Below, piece by piece: positions 14,055-24,700 of a DNA stretch of 64,000 nt. The stretch's first letter is position 1; each line of letters opens with the position of its first letter. Below the pieces are notes generated by a model, which was not told the origin of the DNA, searched no databases, and worked only from the letters and a program-made list of their open reading frames with translations. This DNA is from Microbotryum violaceum (Eukaryota): contig CDLV01000006.1 in the NCBI GenBank assembly GCA_001244265.2, positions 2,170,001-2,234,000 on the forward strand. The letters run 5' to 3'. The translations under genes and the position numbers were made by a program.

Positions 14055-14681
14055 CCAGTGGGATCCCGTTAAATTAACGGGCGGAATTCAAATCGCATGA
14101 GAATCGAAGAACAGTCTACATGATTTCAGCAGAGGAAAAACAAACAAAAACTGCAAATATGTTCCAAGCATCGCCGAAACAGCCTGCCCATTCAAACATC
14201 CGTGGAATGAGATCTGGACGGTGGCATGCTTTGTCGTTCGGCCACAGTGCAGCTTTGATTTCCGGCCATTCGCGAATGGAGTCGCGCGTCACCGTGATGA
14301 ACAGCACGGAGGCTCCATGTTTGACAACTCACGCCGTCGTAGCGTCCGTGCAAGTAGTACGCAAAAAAATTGTTAACCTGACGCCGCTAGCGCGCCGGAT
14401 CACGTGACAGACGCCAGCCTCGCCCCGCGCGTCAGGCGGAGCTCTGCTGTAGAAGCAATGTCATGCAAATCCACGCGCTTGCCGTCCATTAAATACAATA
14501 TAAGTGTAGATACTGTTTCACATCAACGAAAAAGTGAAGGAAAATACTGGGAACTTCTGATCGGAACATGGACACCACAGGCAGGTGCGGCAGACACAAC
14601 AGTATGCCGGTACATCCACCACAGGCTCAAAAACAGCGATGTTAGTTACATTGCTTAACTAACTTTTTTTCTATATATAGA
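14055..14681 (-). mobile_element. Non-autonomous Helitron remnant
   Basis: The minus-strand 3' end has the hairpin CCCGTTAA-T-TTAACGGG (14065-14081), then CTGG (CTRR) and a host T. The putative 5' end is TCTATATATAG at 14681. An internal Rep-like peptide KHGASVLFITVT..EWPEIKAAL..HRPDLIPRMF lies at ~14190-14325. Confidence 0.75.
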
Positions 14682-14833
14682 GGTAGCAAAGTTTCCCCCC
14701 CCCCCCCGCCCTCCCGTTTCGCACCCGGAGCTGGCTATTCCTTCGCAGGATAGACAGCACAAATTGATAGGATGTCTTACAGTTCAACGTTACCTTTCCC
14801 GGACGGAACTTTTCGACCCCATTGTCCTTATGA

Positions 14834-16780
14834 ATGACGAGTCAGCTGAAGGCCTCGCTCGCGCACCTCACATTACCTCACAGTGCGGCAGCACTAGATG
14901 CTGACCGAGAGGACGACGGACTGGCTTCTTGGCCCACAGCCCTCGCCATAACCACCCTCGCTTCCGTCGCTTCTCCTCTTCGCGACGTCATGCTGAGGCC
15001 TCCGAGGAAGCCTCCGAGGAAGAACGAGGTGGGAAACCTGACGACGATGAGGAAGCGAAACGGGACAAAGATGGAGTTCGAATGGAAGATGGTGTACCTA
15101 TGGTCGGCTTGACTGGGCTCGACGATCCCTTCTCGTGAGTGGTGGCAGCGTCGTGACTGGCCCGAGCTTGACCGATCGCGGACGGCCCGGATTCGCCAGC
15201 GATGGGGCAGCGACGCGAGACTAATGATGGCCCCTGTTGTAATGGAGGTAACAGACCACTAAGGACGAGTAACGCACGGAAATGGGTCATACTTCTTGTC
15301 GTCTCTTCGGCAGCGTTCTGCGTGACATGCTGCTCAAGTATGGTCAGCTTGACGTACGACGGCACGGCTCGCGAGTTCGGCGAGACTTCGCTTGTCATCA
15401 TGACGCTCGGAATCTCTCTTTTCGTCCTTGGACTAGGCATCATCCCTCGTAAGTTTTAATGTCAAAAAAAAACGCTAGTCAAATCCACGAAGGCTGACGA
15501 AGAGAGGCTTTCCGCACTCGCTCTCCGATCATTGCAGTGCTCCTCGGACCCCTATCCGAGTATATCGGCCGAAGGCCTATCTATCTCGTCTCGTACGGCG
15601 TCTTTATTGCCTTCAACTTCCAGGTTGCTTTCGCCCACAATCTTGCGACATGGCTTATCGGGCGCTTCTTCTGCGGCATGTTCGCCAGTCCGTTCCTATC
15701 GGTCGCCGGAGGAACCGTTACCGATCTGTGGGCTCCTGACCAGGTTGCAAGTCCCATGGCTTTCTACACGGCCTCGCCTTTTCTTGGACCCGTCATCGAG
15801 CCCATCATCTCCGGAGTAATCAACCAGCACCTCGACTGGCGATGGACATGGTACATCCTCATCATGTGGAGTGCTGTCGAGTTCGCGGCCCTTTTCCTCC
15901 TCGTGCCCGAGACATACCTCCCCGCACTGCTGAAGAAGAAAGCCAAGCACCTACGCCAAAAAGGACGCTCCGACGTCCGAGCACCCCTTGAGTTGGATGA
16001 GCGAACTCCCCTTCAAGTCGTAGCAGCAAGCTGCCTGCGCCCCTTGCAGATCTTGATCTACGAGTCGATGGCATTGGTGCTATGCACTTGGACCGCTTTA
16101 CTCCTTGGAATTCTCTACATGGCGTTCTCGGCTTGGCCGATCGTTTATAGGAATCAACACGGTTTCTCAACACAAGAGACCGGATTCTCGTTTACCGGAA
16201 TCGGCGTCGGTATCGTCATTGGAACTTTTATGCAACCCGTCTGGGCCATCTACTATGGTTGGATAACAAAAGAGACGGGAGAGCGACCACCCCCCGAAGA
16301 ACATCTGCGCAAGGGATGCTGGGGCGCGGTCCTCGTTCCCGTCTCGCTCTTTTGGTTCGCTTCCACCTCGTATGCCTCGATACACTGGGCCGTCTCTCAA
16401 GTCTCGACCATCTTCTTCGGTATCGGCATCATCCTTTCCTATCAAGCAGTGTTCGGCTATCTCGTCGATGCGTTCCGTCCCGTCGCTGCTTCCGCCATGG
16501 CGGCCAATTCGGCGATGCGATCCAGTTTCGCTTGCATTTTTCCTCTGTTCACTCAAGCCATGTTCAAGAAGCTCGGAACGGTCGGAGCACTTGCCCTCAT
16601 TGCAGGATTGACGTGCTGTATCCTCCCATTTCCCTTCTTGGTAGGTTCGGTCGAAACTTTTTTGCCTCTCATTGCGACAGGGGTGCTGACCTTTCATGCT
16701 TTACCCTGTAACTTTTGCAGTTCTTCAAGTATGGGCACAAGTAACGCAAGTCGTCAAGATTTGCAAACAAGGAACGGTGA
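14834..16780 (+). CDS. MFS transporter, DHA1 (drug:H+ antiporter) type; start uncertain, with a premature stop near the C-terminus
   Basis: DDPFS|PLRTSNARKW, LGPLSEYIGRRPIY (MFS motif A), GGTVTDLW, PFLGPVIEP, WRWTW, PETY, PEEHL and AASAMAANSAMRS. Confidence 0.9.
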
Positions 16781-16942
16781 TGGACTCGCATGGCCCGATC
16801 AAATACATCCTAGAACGCACATCTTGCTGTCATCATCTGAATTTTCGCAGACTCTACTTCTACTGAACTCTCTAATCATCGTTCTCTTGCAATGGCATCG
16901 TAATCACTAGTATCGAAACTAAAGCGATGCCTTGCCCGCGAG

Positions 16943-18095
16943 TCATTTGCCATCCCACTTCATCACGACCGAGCCCTCCCATTTCTCCCCCTTGCTCAAC
17001 TCGACCCAACTCGAGACCTGCCCCGGCTCGAGACAAACATACTTTGACGCTCCACCTTCTTGCATATCCCCAATCGTCGCCGCCTTCTCGGCGCCGGGGT
17101 TCCACAGAACAACATCCGCCAGACCGTTCTTCGAAACGGCGACGGATCCTTTTGAGCCTTGGTACGTGATGCGCAATTCGTTCGGGGCGCGATGGTAGAC
17201 TCGATCGACTTCTCCCTTGGGTCCGTGCACAACGACGACCGATCGGTCCTCTTTTCCTTCTCCACCTCCCGTTACTTTGTCAATGAACTTGAGCCCTTGC
17301 AAAGGTTGGACTTGAACCTGATCAGGTTGGACCGATTCGGGCAAAAGCAAGTAGGTGTGCAGCAGCGCTTGGAAGCGCAAGTCGTCCCCCTCCGAAGGTG
17401 CCTGGACCTGAAGGCGCAAGTCGAGCTCGGACGATTTGGTGATGCGTACGGTGTAGACAAGACGGAAATCCTTGTCAAAGACGGCACGGGTGATGGACGA
17501 AGGGGCCAAGGTGAAGACGGCTTGGGCGGCGCCACCACCGGACGGGTCGGGACCGGAGGTGGACGAGTCAAAGGTCCATTGAGAGGTGCGAGCAAAGCCG
17601 TGTTGCTTCAACTTGCCGTAAGGTGCTTCCGAAGGGGGAGGTCCAAATACGGGCTGTGGGGTGGGAATGCACCGGAAATGCTTTATCAGCCGTTTGGGGG
17701 TGTGGTGGGACACGAGTACGATGACCCCCACATGACGATGCTGTCACTGGACTGACCCAGCACACGGGCACACCACCTCGGATGGCAGCCTTGTCGGACA
17801 GGTCAACGTTGGATTTGGTCGAGACAAACAGTCGCTCGGTACCCGAGGTCTTGAACGAGATCACGGTTGCGCCCTAGTGAGAGGGATATTCGTCCCGCAG
17901 CGAGGAGGTAGAGGGGGAGTCCAAGTCGCAGCGTGACCGGCGGAGAGCCAGACACAGCATGGCGGGATTGTATTCTCCATGTCAATATAAGTAGTAATCT
18001 CCGCAAGATACTGGCTCACACACCTTGAGAGCGACCTCGACGGTGTTGTTACCGTGTCGAAGCACAACAGAGTCCGACTTGACTTCGTACGACAT
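16943..18095 (-). CDS. Glucose-6-phosphate 1-epimerase / aldose 1-epimerase family protein (multi-exon)
   Basis: MSYEVKSDSVVLRHG..., GATVISFK, AIRGGVPVCW, QHGFART, FQALLHTY, EVDRVY, VVLWNPG and YVCLEPG. Confidence 0.9.
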
Positions 18096-18272
18096 CTGAG
18101 CGACCGCCACCACACTGAACTCAGCTGCGTTGCAAGGTACCCAACCACACTCGGTGGCTTACCTTGGACTGAAATGGGTCGACGCGATTGGTGGGGGAGG
18201 GGAGAGAGTTCGAGAGAGGCGCGGGCAGGCACGGCCGATGAGCGCTGAGCGCTGAGCACTGTGACACTGGCA

Positions 18273-19529
18273 CAGGACCCCAGAAAGCCCAGCCAGAGGC
18301 GCATGTGGAAAACCGCCCTTTTTTGGCCTTTTTGTCAAAGTTTTTTTCCCTATTTTGGCCCCAAAATGTCAAATTTCACATGCGCCTCGGAAAAATTATC
18401 AAAAGGTGTTCTACATGCTCCAAAAATCGCTCAAAAGTCCTCGAAAACGCGTTCCGAGCGTTTGCAGGCGCGCGGCGGCCTATCGAAAGTGGCTTGCGGC
18501 GCGCGTCGGCTTCGGCCGGTTTCGCGCGTGGCTCCAGGCATCAAGAGGGCCTTCCTTGTTTTACTGGCGGGCTCGCTACTCTTCGTTGTCAGACTTACGT
18601 TTTCCTGAACTTGAGCTCTTTGTATCCGCGGTGGCAGTTGTGCGGCTTGTAGAGATTCTACCGGCGGCATCTCGCGGCCCGGGCACGCTCCGAAGGGCGG
18701 CAATCTTTGCTCGGCATGTGCGCACGTGCTGATTATGCGCTCGTCGGGGTAACATGAGGTAAGATCCCGGTGGGACAATATGTAGTCGTTGACGTGCCTA
18801 ATGACTCGATGACCTGTCGACCACCAATCATGCAGAACGGCACAGCGCCATCAAGGTGAGTGAAATAGCATGCTTTCTCGATGAGGCGAAGCTCCTATGG
18901 ACAGCGGTTCTTCTCCATCCGCAGCTGCATGCCACGCACGAGGCCAAAGCAGATCAGAGATCCGATCTCCAATGGTGTGGCAGTGGTTCCAACTCCGTCT
19001 AGCAATCCAAAATGACGATAGCGTTGTGCTAGCGCTCCGTACTGCTTATCGACGCGACGGCCAACGGTCGATATCCATTCTTGCGTGCGTTGATCAGTGG
19101 CGAGAAACGCGTCTCTGGTCTGGAGAGTCGGGTAGGGTAGGTCAATTACTGGGTGGGCTTGTCCTTGGACAACTCGGTGCGAAGAGACGCATCGGCGGGA
19201 GCGACATGATACATCGAAGGCGACGAGCTCGGCGAATGTCATGTTGGTGAGCGGCAATACTCGATTGAAGTCATCGTCTGTTCAAATAGCAGTCCTGGTC
19301 TTCATCGAGAAATAAGCATGGAATCATGTTGTCGTGTTATGCTTCATTGTCAGAACGAAGTGAAGTGGAACGGAACCGGCGCCGCTTCAATCACAGTGGG
19401 AACTATTGGTATCTAATCCCTAGCAGCCACTGGGTGTATACTGTCAAAAATGAGGTGAGCCTCGACCCATTTTGAGCCAAAAATGTCCAAATTTTCGGGC
19501 CGCTTCTGGCTGGGCTTTCGGGGGTCCTG
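18273..19529. mobile_element. Non-autonomous TIR DNA element, CAGGACC family, copy 1 (1.26 kb)
   Basis: The left end CAGGACCCCAGAAAGCCCAGCCAGAGGCG and the reverse complement of the right end CAGGACCCCCGAAAGCCCAGCCAGAAGCG match at 27/29 positions. No transposase is recognisable inside. Confidence 0.8.
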
Positions 19530-19833
19530 GCTCACTCTGGCTCACTAGGGCTCACTGGCTCACTCAGGCACCCCTGCGCTGCGGGCGCCAGGCGCCTCCC
19601 TACGGGAAATCCACGCAACTGCAGTTGACCGCGGTTGGACGATTGCGCCGAAGTTAACCGCGGTTACGCCGATTACCAACTGCGGTTGCAACTGCACGAG
19701 GTCGCCAACTTGGGAATGCTCCGTTACGCCCTGCAATTCTCAGCTGGCTCGTAGACTAAGGAGAACAGCCTGACTTTGAGACCTTATCTAGTGCAGCAGA
19801 CAACTCGTGATATAGTCTCGAGTGGTGCTCTAA

Positions 19834-22800
19834 TTACATCAACCTAAGAATGTGTAACATCTCCAGATTCAGATGTGGTGGTCTTGGAATTGGACAAGGT
19901 TTCCAAAGGAGTGAAGCTAATGAGCAATTGGAGAAACCGGGCCCCTGTATCTTCAACCGGACGACCGAATGGAGAGCGCTCTGCCTCGTGTCAGTGCCAG
20001 GCGTCGACTCGGCGCAGAGGGGTCGCAGTTGAATGTGGAGACACAGATATCGCATATGTTTCGGGAGCTGTTACAGCTGGCCCTGCGCCTTGCGCAAGCT
20101 CGGCCGCGGTGGGAGGCGACCGCATCGTATTCGGGATGATGGACACGAGTTGGCGGAGACGCTCGACGCCGATCAGGCTGAGGGTGCGAGGACCATCCAC
20201 ATCGAATCTCTCGTACAACCCCCAGATGTCCATGGCAACTGGAAGACATCGACCAACCAAAGCAATCGCTTCTCCTTCAGCGTCGTTATACCTAGCTCAA
20301 CAAAACACACAGCTTCGCCGTCGCGCTGTAAATTGTCGGCCTCCATTGACATCTGTGGATCCCGGATTCGCGGTCAAGAATCTCTCCGCTGACATCATAG
20401 AAGGCATGCAAGGCATGATACCTCGGCAAAGTGAAAGTGTCCCGGAGATCTTCCATTGTAGGTATGTCGTACTTGAGCTGGGGGATCATCATCATGTTCC
20501 GCATCTCGGCCGAATTCATGCCAGACTCGCCGGGTTTTGACTTGGTTCTCATCCCCCCTTTGATGTAACCCATCATCGTCTCCGTTCCGCAAGCTAAGTA
20601 CTCGCGAAGCGGCCCGATTCTTTTCATAACCTCGGGAACGTGCATAAGACGATGATTCGTGGCGGAGAACAGATGAAGGAACTCGGGATCTCGATCATAG
20701 AGAAGCTTCTCGCGCAGTAGCAGCGTCTGTTCGATGAGAACATAGAGGTAGGTGTACGTGATGGGAACCTCGCCCTTTTCATCGAGCTCATACAGAAGAA
20801 GTTGTTCGAGCCGGTCGACGTCCGGTAGGCGATCGAAAAAGTCAACGGAGTCGTTGATGAAGAAATCGGTCTTCATCGCGGCAAACATTCGGATGGTGAG
20901 CGCCGTCAGTCGCTCGAACTCGGGTTCCTTGAATTGCTGGTACGAAAGCGGCCCCAGGTCACGCAAGATGAACAGATCCCGTTCAATTGCTTTCCATTTT
21001 TTCCTTTTCTCGGCTAAGGGCCTGACAATCACACCCTCCACTCTCGCAAGGTACGGCCGAGACAACAGCTGAGCACGAGTCATGCGAGCGATTGCGTTGG
21101 AGGACAACGTCATGGAGTGCCTGCGTGCCTTCGAGTCCAAATCGCCGACGAGGATATTTATGAAAGTGCTGCCACTGTTGATATCAATCAGATGCATATA
21201 ATCCAATGGTAGGAACGTGGAGTAAGCATCCTTGAACAGGTCAAGCGCCTCGATCGGAGCTTCGCCTGAGATCCCCGTACGACGCCGCCGCGATTCGAGC
21301 TTGGTCGGGTGTCGTTTCATTGCTTCAACCACCCGACGGTAGTGCTTGTAGTTGGCGCTCGTTATCGAGTCGAACGTCCCGTCCACCAGGGGTTTGGAAC
21401 GTCGTGGCGGTGTCGACAAGCCCAGCCTACTCGGGATGGTCGAGCACTGATACGATCACTCCCTCGTCGTTTTCGAACGCTTTCGCATGAGGAACACAAA
21501 ACGGCAGATAGCCTTTGATGTTTCCAGGTGCGTAATGAGGTATGCTGATGATCGAGCAGATCAAGCACAAAACGAGGCCTCTTGCTCCCACAAGGTTTCC
21601 AAGGGCTGCTTGCTCCAGCGTGTCGGCTATGCAAGCCACGATCCTGTCTCTACAAAGCACGTGTCTGTCCCGAGCGGCTGAAAAGGATGTACGCTCCCCT
21701 TCGAAGATGTGAAGCTGTTGACAGAATGTTTCGAGGAATTACTGCTTGTCTTTGGGTTTCTGAGGGCCGTTCACGGAGATGACAAAGTGCGATGATAGCT
21801 TCCAACGAAGTTCGGGGGGCAGGGTCATGGGTATCACCCCAGAGATGTGGGCGTTGACCTTGCGCTTGGCGTTGGAGTGCGCGAGCACTTCGGTTCCATC
21901 GGAGAAGGTTGCAAGAGGGATGTCATCCGGCTTGAGATCGCCGTTTGCGTAAAGCGTCCGTGCGTGTAAGCCGTCAACCCATCGCCTCACGACCGGGTAA
22001 GAGCCCGAGCCACCTGACGCCTTGTGCAAGTCGACGACCTCGTCGCTCGGCTTGGCATTAGCGAGGGTAGGGCCGATTACTGGGTGTGCACGAAGCGATT
22101 CAACAAAAGGGGCGGGGTCACAAAAACGCTGCGTTGACCGTTCCAATCTTCCCGCCATTCTTCCCCAGCGTGAAACGTTTCTCGCGGCACCCGGGCGTTG
22201 GACACTCCTCAAGATCTTCGAGCCGTTTGGCGCCATTGGACACGCAACCTTTGGGGCACTTCCCGACCTCCACAGTTCTGAAGCCGGTGAGATGTCGTAT
22301 CGTTCGGACCATTCTGTACTCGGACATGTCGCTGAGGTCGGCATTGTGGAAGATGTAGGTGCGCAGCAATGTGAGGAGGTCAGTCCAAGCGTCCCTCGAA
22401 AGCGAATGGTCCCGCTTGAACATGTAGAGTTGTAGCTTTGCAATCTCATGGGGTGGACGCGTTCGACCTTGAAGTCCTGTATGAGGTAGTCACTGCATCA
22501 GCCCTCGTGTTCGTGTCAAATTTGACCACTTGAAGCACAGCAAGACTTTGAATCACCTTCGGCACCAAGCTCGGCGAGATGAGCCTCAAGCGCGGCAATC
22601 TCATCTTCAGTGGGCTCGGGCCCTTCTCCCTCCCCTTGGACATCGTCTTCCTCTCTCGCGCCTCTCAGAACGTTCTCACCGCTTTGCGCTCCACCCGCAT
22701 GGGATTCCGTATCGCTGGTATCTCTGTCACTATCATGTTCCTCCTGCGCTTCCGAGCCCAATTCGAGTTCCAGATCGTCGAGCTCCTTCGGACCGCGCAT

Positions 22801-22950
22801 CTCCTCTTCGTCTACAACCATCTCTTCTCCCTCTTCATCTGCGGCTTCATTGAGGTTTCCTTGGAGATCGTCTTCGTCGCCGTTTTCGTCCGCGTCTCCG
22901 CCGATTCATTTCATCGGCGTTATCGTCATCGACCGCCATTGGGATTGCGT
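19834..22950 (-). mobile_element. Decayed CACTA/EnSpm (Transposase_21/tnp2-like) transposase gene
   Basis: CPKGCV, LATFSDG, LPPELR..GPQKPKD, CLIC, LDYMH, KWKAIE and HRLMHVPEVMKRIGPL..E..MG. There is an in-frame TAA at ~21739 (KQ*FL) and an apparent frameshift near 22905. Confidence 0.8.
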
Positions 22951-23170
22951 GACTGACTGCTGCCGGAAAAAGACGTCCCCGAAGGTCAGAATGGAGATTG
23001 GCTAAGATGAGTGAAGTCGTTGACGGACCTGGTGTAGCCCCCTTTCGCTTCCAGCACTTAGCTAGTTCTTTCGCGCCTGCGCCTGGCGCCGCGCTCGGAC
23101 CTCTTTGAACTTGGACTTAGAATACCCGATCTGCGACTAGCGCAGCTGTCTCTCTCTCTCTTTCCCTAAT

Positions 23171-23303
23171 GTTCCCAATCCTTTTCTATTCGGCATCCTT
23201 GTTTGCTCACTGCGCTGCTCCTCATAGGTTAGTGTAATGCATCATGAAAGTTCCCAATCCTATTACTCGGCATCTTCGTTCGTTCACTGCGCTGCTCCTC
23301 ATA
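23171..23303. repeat. Imperfect ~55-bp direct repeat
   Basis: GTTCCCAATCCT...CGGCATC...TCACTGCGCTGCTCCTCATA occurs at 23171-23226 and at 23250-23303. Confidence 0.8.
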
Positions 23304-24700
23304 CGTCCAACCTGCTTGCAAAGTCAGGAAAACTAACCATATTTTTGCCGATTAGATTTCCAACTTCAAATCGACATTCACTGCTTGAAGCGCGCACGAA
23401 GCGCGCGCCGCCTCTCTCCCTCCTGCTCTCTCTCCCTCCTGCTCCACACATGCCGACATCATGGTCACCGCCAACTTAACTGAAGCGCCCTTGGCATCGC
23501 CAACTTGCAGCATTCGACTCACTGACTTGATCGGCACCAAGCCAGTGACTGAGTTTAGATGATATCCTTACAATCTCGATACTACCCGGTCACTCAACAG
23601 GGCCCGTGCTTTTGGTGTCACGTGTCCGACCCGGCCTCGCCCGACAGTACATCGAACCGATCACGCTGACGCAGATCTCACTGATCAGCAGCTTGTTCCA
23701 CCGAGTCTGTGATGCTCCCCAGGTTATCTCGCCATCATCCTTATTTCGTGTACTAACCACATCAGTCAATTGTTCTGCACTAGGACCTAGCCTTGCTCGG
23801 CGGTCCGAGTCAACTGCACTTGTCTCTGTTCAGGAAGCCCACAGGTGGCCATTCCTTGACTTCGAGAGAAGTGTGAGCAAGCTTTGCTCTATCGTCCGCT
23901 CGCTGATGCCAATGTGCTTGCATTAACACCGAGAACAGTGCCACAGGCCACACTGCTTCGCCTCCGAATCGATGCTGTAGACGGGAGCTTCGAGGTGAGC
24001 AGTCAGTCGGTTATTCAAGCTCGACGAGAAGATGTTTAAAATATGTACAGGCGTTTTTCAGGACGTGATGTTGAACTATAGGGTGAGTCTCCAGTTCGCT
24101 CCTACACTATCAACGGGCTGGATTCTGATCCGTCACAGCAGGCGTGCGTCCGATCAACTCTTCGAGTTTGATCAGTCGATTGAGTTAGCCACCAGGCTGA
24201 GTCTGAGGTGATCCACTGAATATAGCCCGACACTCATCATCAGCCTTGTGTGTCATTGACAGGTGTAGTGGCAAGATTCGAGGGTGAAAGGTGAGTCGGC
24301 GTTGCTGGGCCCGAGTCTTCGAGCCGATCCGACTTAGCGATTTCACGAGTTGAGGCACTCGCTCATCAGGCCTCAGGCTCAAGGTTCGTCTCTTGGTTCG
24401 AGTCGTATGCTTGATATAATGCAATGGCATTGGCAGTGCCACTTTACTATATTTTTACTGTACATGCAAAGGAGAGCGAAGAAAGGGATAGTATAGGCTA
24501 TTACATTATTACAACCGCGGTTATGTGCGGTTTTTATGTTATTTGATAGACTTCATTAACAGCATAATTATATTAATACCTAGAAATCTTCGGAAAAGTC
24601 GGAGGGAATGCTGTTACGCACACTGGCAGAAGCCAGTAGTGTAGGACTCATTGACCCTGAACCAGGATCAACCATACCCACTAAAACCCCCTTTGGTGTC

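Noticed and set aside
19543..24641. CACTA (19543) and TAGTG (24637) considered as canonical CACTA termini
   Set aside because: The match does not extend beyond 5 bp and there is no 3-bp TSD.
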